Of a stretch of 23,724 bases of DNA, positions 10,979-22,135 are shown piece by piece. Made by a program: the position numbers and the translations under genes. Below the pieces are notes generated by a model. It was not told where the DNA came from. It saw nothing but the letters and a program-made list of their open reading frames with translations, and did no database searches. Each line of letters opens with the position of its first letter. The stretch's first letter is position 1. Source of the stretch: Octopus sinensis (taxonomy: Eukaryota); the NCBI RefSeq assembly GCF_006345805.1, contig NW_021836763.1, forward strand, positions 1-23,724. The letters run 5' to 3'.

Positions 10979-11370
10979 GGCGGCGAGCTGATTAGCGGTA
11001 TTTCGTCTGCCGCTACGTTCTGAGTTCAAATTCCGCCGAGATCGACTTTGCCATACGTCCTTTCGAGGTCGATTAAATAAGTACCAGTTGCGCACTGGGG
11101 TCGATATAATCGACTTAATACGTTTGTCTGTCCTTGTTTGTCCTCTCTGTGTTTAGCCCCTTGTGGGTAGTAAAGAAATAGGTATTTTGTCTGCCACTAC
11201 GTTCTGAGTTCAAATTCCGCCGAGGTCGACTTTGCCTTGCCTTTCATCCTTTCGGGGTCGATTAAATAAGTACCAGTTACGCACTGAAGGTCGATATAAT
11301 CGACTTAATCTGTTTGTCTGTCCTTGTTTGTCCCTTCTGTGTTTAGCCCCTTGTGGGTAGTAAAGAAATA
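10979..11370 (+). mobile_element. SINE dimer (deleted head + two tandem body units) with 17-bp TSD
   Basis: Units 10997-11180 and 11181-11370. Flanks are AGTATCATACTCATTAA (10962-10978) and AGTATTATACTCATTAA (11371-11387). The body carries GGTCGACTTTGCCTTTCATCCTTTCGGGGTCGATTAAATAAGTACCAG, which resembles a Meta-type SINE core as recalled from memory. Confidence 0.92.
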
Positions 11371-11463
11371 AGTATTATACTCATTAAATTCCAATCCGGG
11401 CCGTGTCTCTGCTGGGTAAGTTTCCTAATGACTTTTGATGTGCTTCGGGCCGTCCAAAGACTT

Positions 11464-11585
11464 GTCTTTGGACGGCCCGTGGCTTTAGTAGAAGACACTT
11501 GCCTTAAGTGCCACGCAGAGGGACTGAAACCGGAATTATGTGTTTGGTAAGCAAGCTACTTACCACACAACCAACCTTGCGCCTA
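11464..11585 (-). mobile_element. tRNA-derived SINE (3486 family), ending in a fold-back hairpin
   Basis: Reverse complement begins TAGGCGCAAGGTTGGTTGTGTGGTAAGTAGCTTGCTTACC. Confidence 0.85.
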
Positions 11586-11749
11586 TATCTCTATATATTT
11601 GCGTACATATTATAAAGAATCACTGATTCCAATATATCCGTATAGAAAGTATTAAAATACTGGAGTTACTCTGCTGAACACATAGCCCACTGACCCCCCA
11701 CACAAGAAAAAAGGGTATAGTATATACATACCACTAAAAACAATAGCGA

Positions 11750-11910
11750 AATGAAAGCCTATATATATATATTCTTGAATCAATGTGTAATATATTGCTA
11801 TATACATTTATACATAAATATATATATTCGTATATATGTGCTTGTGTGTATGCGTGTGTCCATGTACATAAATAATATACGTCCAAATATACATTTGCAT
11901 AGGCACATAC

Positions 11911-11960
<50 letters not shown>

Positions 11961-11979
11961 ATGTGTGTGTGTATATATG

Positions 11980-12010
<31 letters not shown>

Positions 12011-12224
12011 ATATATGTAAATATATATATGTATATATATATAATATATATACATATATAAATTATATACACACGTATATGTATATATATACGCACACAC
12101 ACACATATATATGCATATATATATATACATATAGATATATTTATATTATATACATATATATATACATATATATTATATATATATATTTATAGGTATATAT
12201 ATTTATAGGTATATATATATATAT

Positions 12225-12258
<34 letters not shown>

Positions 12259-12315
12259 ATATATATACATACAAGCACACACACACACACACACATATGT
12301 ATATATATGTATGTA
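11750..12315. repeat. Compound (TA)n/(TG)n/(CA)n microsatellite
   Basis: Read directly. Confidence 0.95.
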
Positions 12316-12599
12316 CACTTAATGTATCTCATCATGCCATTAGTTTGATTGTTTTGCCGAAAGAAAAATTATATCGGAAAAACAGGAAACAATAAAGTAT
12401 ATATGTGCGAATATAAACAATAAGGAAACTAAAAGAGAGGCGAAAATATAGAGAAGAAAATACATAAAAAGAAAAATGGACAAAAAAGATATTGGCAATG
12501 TATTATTATTTGGAAAAGAGTGATGAATGGTTTTTCTCTTATATTTGTTTAATATTATCATTACTATCACTATCGTTATTATTATTATTATTATTATTA

Positions 12600-14470
<1,871 letters not shown>

Positions 14471-14647
14471 AACAACAGAAAAAAGAAATAGATACAATAA
14501 GAAAAAAGAACCAGAGCAACTAGAAAAAAAGCAATATAAAATATTGTAGCGAAGACAGATTTTGATAGACGAGTATTAATAATTAATCTATTTAAATCAT
14601 AATTGATGTGACGTCATTGTGATTTCTCAGACATTTTTATATATTAG

Positions 14648-14739
14648 TCAAATGACACACGAGCAAGTACTATATATAGCGTAGTGCTGAATTTGTTGTG
14701 CTTGTTGTTGCTGCGGTTGCTTTTTCATGTATGGGAAAC
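14648..14739 (-). CDS. Candidate terminal coding exon of an unidentified host gene
   Basis: Strong acceptor CACCTTTCTTACAG|GT at 14740/14739. One frame gives (G)FPYMKKQPQQQQAQQIQHYAIYSTCSCVI* with stop at 14648-14650; an alternative frame gives FPIHEKATAATTSTTNSALRYI*. No homology is recognised. Confidence 0.25.
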
Positions 14740-14810
14740 CTGTAAGAAAGGTGATTCATAATCAAAAGCCTTCTATAACAATATGTAACCACTTACAAGT
14801 AGCACAGAAT

Positions 14811-15540
14811 GCGCGTGGCTTAGCGATTAGGGTACTCGGCTCATGATCGTCTAGATCGTGATTTCAATACGCAGCGGTACGTTGAGTTCTTGAGCAAAAC
14901 ATTTCATTGCATCTTGTTCCAGTCCGCTGAGCAGGTAAAAACTATTTTTACCTGTAATTCAAAGGACCAGCCTTGTCACACTCTGTGTCATGCTGAATCT
15001 CCCCGAGAACTACGTTAAGGCGAGCTGGTAGAATCTTTAGCATGCCGGGCGAAATGCTCAGCAGTATTTCGTCTGTCGCTACGTTCTGAGTTCAAATTCC
15101 GCCGAGGTCAACTTTGCCATTTATCATTTCGTGGTCGATTAAATAAGTACCAATTACGCACGGGGGTCGATGTAATCGACTTAATCCGTGTGTCTATCCT
15201 TGTTTGTCCTCTCTGTATTTAGCCCCTTTGTGGGTAGTAAAGAAATAGGTATTTCGTCTGCCGTTAAGTTCTGAGTTCAAATTCCGCCGAGGTCAACTTT
15301 GCCATTCATCCTTTCGGGGTCGATTAAATAAGTAGCAGTTACGCACTGGGGTCGATGTAATCGACCTAATCCGTGTGTCTGTCCTTGTTTGTCCCCTCTG
15401 TGTTTAGCCCCTTGTGGGTAGTAAAGAAATAGGTACACGTCTCTGTGGAGTACCCAGCCACTTGCACGTTAATTTCACGAGCAGGCTGTTCCGTTGATCG
15501 AATCAAGTGGAACGCCCGTCGTCGCAGTCGACGGAGTATC
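14811..15540 (+). mobile_element. tRNA/CORE-like SINE interrupted by a nested SINE dimer
   Basis: Head GCGCGTGGCTTAGCGATTAGGGTACTCGGCTCATGATCG, CORE-like TTGAGCAAAACATTTC...GTTCCAGTCCGCT. The sequence resumes after 15431 with GTACACGTCTCTGTGGAG. Confidence 0.8.
15019..15431 (+). mobile_element. SINE dimer (head + two ~184-bp body units), same family as 10979
   Basis: Units ~15063-15247 and 15248-15431, with junction GAAATA|GGTATTTCG. Confidence 0.92.
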
Positions 15541-15782
15541 AGTTAGAACCTAGTAATATCTAATCCGATTAAATCAGAATTAATTGTAATCCGATAACTT
15601 ATACAATCAGTTGAAGTACCAGTTAAAATTTTAGACGATTAACTTTCTAGTTTTCAGGTGTTTTTAACATCAAATTTATCATGAAAATAACTGCGAATTC
15701 TGATTAAATTTCAACCGATATCATTTCTCATTTATGTTCTACTTTTCTTAGTCATTGGGTTGTAGCCATGCTGGAGCACCAT

Positions 15783-15959
15783 CTGGAGACTATTTTAACT
15801 GAAGAATGGACAAAAATTCCCTTGGAAACAATTCAAACTGTACGAGTCCATAGATCGTCGAATTCAAGCTGTAATTACTGCCAAAGTCTGTCCTACCTCA
15901 TATTAAAATAAATTTGTTTGAAATTTTAAGGTGTTTCCATTATTTTGTCCAATCCCTGT
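15783..15959 (+). mobile_element. Tc1/mariner DNA transposon 3' end (transposase C-terminus + right TIR)
   Basis: LETILTEEWTKIPLETIQ/LYESIDRRIQAVITAKVCPTSY* (1-bp frameshift, stop 15904-15906) matches the Tc1 ...W..I......L..S...R..AVI.AKG.PT.Y* ending. The sequence ends ...TTTTGTCCAATCCCTGT next to TA-rich DNA. Confidence 0.85.
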
Positions 15960-16099
15960 GTATATACCTGTTCTTATATTTGTGGATGGTTATATATGTA
16001 TGATTCTCGAATGTTGCATTGTTTACTAAATAAGATCAATCAAAAAGACAAAAACAGCCCAGCTCCGATGTCTGACAGAGTCAACATCCATTGACAAGT

Positions 16100-16225
16100 T
16101 TGAAAAAAAGCTACGAAAATTTTGAAAAAAAAGAAATATAACTAATATACGAGTGGAAATTGAACCGATGATAGTGTTAGATATTAAGGCAATAAGGCAG
16201 GGCGACTCTCTCCAGACACAACAAG
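16100..16225 (+). mobile_element. Old diverged copy of the repeat at 19879-20160 (opposite orientation)
   Basis: GAAAATTTT...AGTGGAAATT..ACCG.TGA..GTGTTA....TAAGGCA...GACTCTC.CCAGACACAACA is shared with the reverse complement of ~19930-20040. Confidence 0.55.
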
Positions 16226-16666
16226 ATCAATCATGTGTCATTAACTACATGACATTGTTCAAGTTATACTTCTTTTATTTTAAATTTTACGTAGTTTTTA
16301 AGGAAATTTTCTTCAGAGTTAGTTTGTCAGAATATAGTTCTTAAAAGTATAATCGACCTTTCCATAGTTTCTCAGTCTTCTAACCGACAATCAACTACAT
16401 TGGGCGTTAGTATTCGTTCTTCTATATTTGCTGAATTCGTGTAGACTTCCAACTACATTTTCTGTACTGTGAGGGTCATACAACAGCAGTCACATATTAA
16501 TTTCTAAATATACATCTCAAACTATTTTCTTGAAATATTTCCCACCTCATGAGATGTCCGTTGTCTATCTTTTATATTTTACATTTTATTTGTTTTAGTT
16601 ATAAAACTGCGGCTATGCTCTAGTACGGTCTTGAAGAATTTTAATTCCATACCTTATTAAAACCTG

Positions 16667-16702
<36 letters not shown>

Positions 16703-16888
16703 TTATATATATATACATATAGGAATAAAAAATGGAGTGAGTAACGCAGGTTTAAACAAGTATTTTTTCTTTCTACATATGTTTCAAAATTCCACTGATA
16801 CTTATTCAAAAGAATTAAAGGTATAAACAATGCAAGGTAAAATACACTCATCTATTTATATATATATATTTATATATATATATATATC

Positions 16889-17118
16889 CTGAGCATTATA
16901 CTAATACATCTTTTTGTTTTGTACACCACCTATCTTCTTTTTTGTTTCGTTTCGTAAACTCTCCTTATGTATATATATATATATATATATATTTCATTTT
17001 TTCATTCTCTTATTTTCTTCTATTCCTTTCTATTGAAGAGCGTAGGCTCGAAACGTAAATGACTTTTTCATTTTCTCGAGCGTCAAACTAAAACGCTTGT
17101 TGTTCATACACCTGTCGT
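16889..17118 (+). mobile_element. Partially tandem Penelope-like terminal repeat with a dead hammerhead motif
   Basis: GAGC.T.A.ACTAA.AC...TTG TACAC..CT.TC is repeated at ~16890-16940 and ~17078-17120, separated by (TA)n. CTATTGA-A-GAGC-GTAG-GCTC-GAAA-CGTA lies at 17030-17057. Confidence 0.55.
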
Positions 17119-17120
17119 CT

Positions 17121-17241
17121 ACTCGAAAGACTGGTTGGACCGGGACTACTGTTTGAAAGCACCTACCTAAGCTTCCACGCAGTAAGAGGTACCTTGGAAC
17201 CATGCGGCTGGGAACGAACTTCTCACCACATCACCACACCT
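17121..17241 (-). mobile_element. Heavily decayed SINE of the 3486 family
   Basis: Reverse complement GGTGTGGTGATGTGGTGAGAAGTTCGTTCCCAGCCGCATGGTTCC... aligns with the family head. Confidence 0.6.
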
Positions 17242-17249
17242 CTTCTTAT

Positions 17250-18075
17250 ATCTCAAATGCCCACAAATGAACCAAGTCTCATTTAAAATGATCTTACTTC
17301 CATTAATGATGCAACGAACTCGTCACACAAAAATATCAATGAATTTTTGAAAATTTTATCCAAATTTATGTTTCTGAAGTCCCGAATATTTTCAAACATT
17401 TGGGGACCCAGCACTTGACAATGTACTCAAAAGATGCAAGATTATGTCTATAAATTCTAAACTGATGTCATTCTCGAAGACTTTTGGCTTAATGTAGGTT
17501 TGACTTGTTGTAAGAGTGAATGGTACCTTTGTCTTCGTGGAGCTTATCCTGAAGCCAAACACAATACAGGTCGCTGAAAAATCGATTCATTATAAGCTGC
17601 ATATCATTCTCTGTATGAACAAGAGAAATCGATGCTATATGCATGAAGCAGATCTCGTATCAATGCTTTGATTTCGATTCGAGTCACCTTAGATCAAAGG
17701 CCTTTCCTGTTATTCTAAATCGCAGGGGGGTATACCAATATCACAATCATGAAAGCATAAATAAGAAGCATATCAAAGCATATTGAAAACATAGTAGAAG
17801 CTTGACCCCCCACCCCCCACCCCGGATCAAGTCCATTGCCTATAACAATCTCATCTGTTTGTTGCCCCTTCAATGCGAGCTGGGCTTCATGTTACGCTGT
17901 AGTTCCTTGAGCAATTTCATAAAATCTGACGGCAACACCGACTTGCCAAGAGATCTCTGCAATACCTCCATCTTATCGGTATTAAAGGCCTTGCTTAATT
18001 CATCAAGGATTTGATATGCATGCGTAATTACATAGCGTCCAATAACACTATACTTGTTCCACGTTGTTGTGTTTT
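17250..18075 (-). mobile_element. RTE-clade LINE reverse transcriptase relic, multiple frameshifts
   Basis: Consecutive frameshifted blocks: ELSKAFNT...LLKELQRNMK; QTDEIVIGNGL; TMFSICFDMLLIYAF; DCDIGI; LRFRITGKAFDLR; LIRDLLHAYSIDF (decayed YADD box, 17634-17645); HTENDMQLIMNRF; SATCIVFGFRISSTKTKV; LLSTLSSAGS. The order and the post-QG insertion are typical of RTE/BovB-like RTs. Confidence 0.88.
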
Positions 18076-18228
18076 CTCTTTGTTCATGTTTGGAGTAACT
18101 ATATATATATATATATATATAAACAACTTATAAACGCAAGGTAATTTTAACCTTTAAAGGTATTTTTTAATATACTGGCCATTGATAATTTTTTTTTCGA
18201 AAAAAAACAAACTTTTATCCTACATTAA

Positions 18229-18263
<35 letters not shown>

Positions 18264-18313
18264 AAGAAGTTTGAAAACGCCACTATATAAGATAAATTTT
18301 AATTTTCTTAGAA

Positions 18314-18361
18314 ATTTTACATGTTTCGGTTCTTCTTGAAAAAACGAACCTTATCAAAAAT
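18314..18361 (-). ncRNA. Degenerate minimal hammerhead motif
   Basis: Minus strand ATTT-TTGATAA-GGTTC-loop-GAACC-GAAA-CATGTA-AAAT: perfect 5-bp stem II, palindromic ACATGT stem III and 4-bp stem I. The core differs from CTGATGA at two positions. Confidence 0.55.
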
Positions 18362-18965
18362 ATTTTTAAAAGTTAAGTGTAATAAAAAAATTCATAATTG
18401 TTTCTTACTAGTCTCAACAGAATCCACGTGTTGGTTTTTTTTTGGGGGGGGAGGGCATAATAACTGCCTTGTGTGTTAACTAAAGTACTGCCTAAATAAA
18501 ATTATTTGTATATACATTGGCGATTCACTGCAACATCAAATAAATTTCTATGATTTAGATGTATATGCTGAGAGTGATCGTCGTCCGGAATTAGCCGAGT
18601 TGAGCCGATCCCATTGAATAGGCTACTGTGAAAGCCATAACTGGCCGATCGCTCTGGGAATATCTCGATCGCTGCTTTTCGGGCGATTACGGCTCCTTTC
18701 AGCATCTATGTATGCAATTATGTGCTTTGACTGCAGTATTAGTGCGTTTAGCTATTATTTCTTGCAATGTAGGAGCTTATAACACCGTTAGTCATATAAA
18801 ATGACGGTTATGATTCTCCTTAATGGTACACATTTGCTTACTGCTGCCTAAATTATGTATATATATACAATACATATAAAGGGTGAAATATAATTAATTT
18901 CATAAAATCAATAAATTTCACCTAGTAGTCTTTCGGTATGGAAAGGACCATTTTCAGAAAAAAAT

Positions 18966-19128
18966 TATATAATTATAATAAAGGGTTTTTTGCAACAAGT
19001 TGCTTAAAACATATACCGAAAATATTAGAAATAGCGGTCAAATAGTAGCCCATTTGACTGCTATTTCTAATATTTTCGGTGTGTGGTTTAAGCAACTTGT
19101 TGCAAAAAACCTTTATTATAATTATATA
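18966..19128. repeat. Long inverted repeat (78/77-bp arms, 8-nt loop)
   Basis: Arms 18966-19043 and 19052-19128, loop AGTAGCCC; 4 substitutions and 1 indel. Confidence 0.95.
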
Positions 19129-19154
19129 TATATATATATATTTGTGTGTGTGTG

Positions 19155-19226
19155 TGTGTGTGTGTGTGTATGATCAAATTTGACCGAGGTCATCTTTGTT
19201 TTTGATCCTTTTGTGGTCGATAAAAG
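19155..19226 (+). mobile_element. Decayed SINE core fragment (10979 family)
   Basis: TCAAATTTGACCGAGGTCATCTTTGTTTTTGATCCTTTTGTGGTCGATAAAA aligns to the family core. Confidence 0.55.
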
Positions 19227-19414
19227 GCTTACCTGTCCATCTGTCCAGGACAATGGATTAATGGAACTGAAGGAATAAAGGATTGGATGCCTTGGTTTTT
19301 TTTTTTTTTTGCTTCTTTCTTTTGTTCGGGCTCCCTGCTTTCTGAGTTGAAACCCTATCATATAATCTCTTCAATGATTGACTTAATCCATCTCCTTGAT
19401 TCGCACCCCCTCAC

Positions 19415-19504
19415 CTGACATCTTGAATGCATTCAGTGAGACTCAGAGTCTTGCAAGCATTTTGGCCATGTTTCTGAAGCTTTGAGAATGAACATGCGTC
19501 CTGC
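19415..19504 (-). CDS. Candidate 90-nt internal exon
   Basis: A long T-rich tract lies upstream on the minus strand, with possible TAG acceptor (19507-19505) and strong donor CAG|GTGAGG (19415/19414). Only one frame is open: QDACSFSKLQKHGQNACKTLSLTECIQDV. Confidence 0.2.
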
Positions 19505-19672
19505 CTAATCTCACATGAATAAATCAAATTTAAAAAAAAAAACAAAAACGAAAAAAGAAACGCTTTCTCAAAATTCTGTTAATCTATTATTCTATTATTC
19601 TCTTAAGGGTTTCAGGCGGATGTTGTGGCCATGCTGGAACACCGACAATAATCACCTAATGTTTGGATTATT

Positions 19673-19832
19673 TCGTTTTTGGATTTGGTTTGCCAGATTC
19701 TTTATATGAGTTCGTGTGTTGAAGCATATTCTGTTGTGTCTGGGGAGAGTCATTATCTTTTTGTGCCTTACAATGTAACACACTCACCGGTAAAATTTCC
19801 ACTTATTATATATATATATATATATATATATC

Positions 19833-19864
<32 letters not shown>

Positions 19865-20160
19865 ATATATATAATATGTCGTTTTTGGATTTGGTTTGCC
19901 AGATTCTTTATATGAGTTCGTGTGTGAAGCATATTCTGTTGTGTCTGGGGAGAGTCATTATCTTTTTGTGCCTTACAACGTAACACACTCACCGGTAAAA
20001 TTTCCACTTATTTCATATTTTTATTCTCCTAAAATTTTCGTTGCGTCTTGCAACATTTTCAATAGTCTTGACTCTGTAATGTCCATAAATGCATTTTTCT
20101 AACCGGAAACACTTCTGTAACGGACTGGAAGAAACTACACTTCACGTTTCCGATCATTGA
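19673..20160. mobile_element. Unclassified dispersed repeat with a 135-bp internal tandem duplication split by (TA)n
   Basis: 19673-19807 and 19879-20012 differ by 1 substitution and 1 indel; the spacer 19808-19878 is TA repeat. Confidence 0.8.
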
Positions 20161-20449
20161 GTCCTCTTTCAAAAAAGATTCTGAAAAAAAAAAACGTTAT
20201 GAAACACAGAACAAAGCAGACGAAGGGTTTTCAAACAACGAGAGAAGTCAAGGAGTAGCAGTGGTAGTAGTATTGGTGGTGATGGTGTTGTTGTTGTTGC
20301 TGTTGGTGGTGGTGGAAGTAGTGTCAGAAAAAAACTGGTAGAGGAGGAAGGAGAAAATGAAAGGCAAGATGAAAGAGGATTAAAAGGAGAAAAAAATCAA
20401 GAGGCGTAGTATAAGCAGCAGCAGCAGTAGAGGCAGCAGCAGCAGCTTC

Positions 20450-20453
20450 ATTA

Positions 20454-20493
<40 letters not shown>

Positions 20494-20543
20494 ATTATTA
20501 TTATTATTACTATTATTATTATTATTATTATAATTATTATTTC

Positions 20544-20600
<57 letters not shown>

Positions 20601-20648
20601 TATTATTATTATTATTACTATTATTATTATTATTATAATTATTATTTC

Positions 20649-20685
<37 letters not shown>

Positions 20686-20816
20686 TATATTATTATTATT
20701 ACTATTATTATTATTATTATAATTATTATTTCTATATTATTATTATTTTTATTATATTATTATTATTATTATATTATTATTATTACTATTAGTATTAATT
20801 GTTATAATATTATTTC

Positions 20817-20852
<36 letters not shown>

Positions 20853-21165
20853 TATTATTATTATTATTACTATTATTATATATATTACTATTATTATTAT
20901 TGTTGTTATTATTATTATTATTATTATAATTATTATTTCTATTATTATTATTATTATATTATATTATTATTACTATTATTATTAGTTGTTATTATTATTA
21001 TTATCTTATTATTATTATAATTATTATTTCTATTATTATTATTATTATATTATATTATTATTATTATTAGTAGTAGTAGTAGTAGTAGTAGTAGTGTAGT
21101 AGTAGTAGTAGTGGTGGTGGTGGTGGTGGTGGTGGTGGTGATATTGGTGGTGGTGGTGGTGGTGG
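20450..21165. repeat. (TAT)n array with higher-order interruptions, grading into (TAG)n and (TGG)n
   Basis: Read directly. Confidence 0.95.
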
Positions 21166-21344
21166 GGGTAGACGAGGACTCCCTCTTTTTAACCTCGCAA
21201 CGGTTAAAAGCGTAGTCGAAAGATCATATAAACCGCGCTTCTACTTAAAAACAGAAGAAAAGAAGGGAAGCAAAATATTCTTCCTTTATGGCTCAGGTGA
21301 AGAGGCCGTTGCGAAGTATGTTCGGTTGTTCAATATCAAACTTG

Positions 21345-21670
21345 AAATATACATACATACATACATACATATATATATATATATACATATATATGTATGT
21401 ATATGTATATATATATATATATATATGTATATGTATATATATATGTATGTTATATATATATATATACACACGTGTGTGTCTGTGTATTTGTGTGTGTATG
21501 TGTGTATGTGTCTGTATGCGTGTATGTATGTATGTGTGTGTATGTGTGTTTACGTGTGTGCGTGCATGTGTTTGTGTGTGACCGTGTATGTGTTTGTGTG
21601 ACCGTGTACGTGTGTGTGTTTGTGTGTGTGTGAGAGAGGTGTGTGTGACCTTGTATGTGTGTGTGTGAGG
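21345..21670. repeat. (TACA)n/(TA)n/(TG)n compound microsatellite
   Basis: Read directly. Confidence 0.95.
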
Positions 21671-22056
21671 TGTGTGTTATTTGCAAGACAGAGAGAGAGG
21701 GGAAGTTTAGATGCGAGAACAGTTGGCAGCGCATCAAAGTGTATTCCGCTATAAACGATAGCCCCTGAACGTTCGAGAGAAGATAGTTTGGGCAGAAGGT
21801 AAATAAAGCAATCACTTCTCGGACTTAAAAATTGCTTTAAGAAATTCCTGCCGAACGACTTTGGGTCGATGAAGAACGTAAATAATACGCGAATGGAGGG
21901 AGAGAGATAAAGTGTAATGTTTTTGCCAATAACATTTATGTCAGATCTCTGGGGCGGTTGCAACACGGAGTCGAAGCTGTCACGTAATGTGGAAACAACT
22001 TCACGTTTGTTTCCCAAGTTCAAATTTAAAAGCGACAACGAAAAGTGTGATTCTTT

Positions 22057-22089
<33 letters not shown>

Positions 22090-22135
22090 CTAGTAGTAGT
22101 AGTAGTGGTGGTGGTACTAATAGTGTTATAGAAAA

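Noticed and set aside
16186-16212. KAIRQGDSL resembling the RT 'RQGDxLSP' motif
   Set aside because: No flanking RT motifs are present, and the DNA aligns to the repeat at 19879-20160, where the motif is not conserved.
16765-16815. GAAACATATGTA on the minus strand as a further hammerhead
   Set aside because: The stem III palindrome is suggestive, but the core and stem II would each need several corrections.
21865-21878. GTCGATGAAGAACG, matching the conserved 5.8S rRNA motif
   Set aside because: Only 14 nt match; the flanks do not follow 5.8S sequence and there is no rDNA context.
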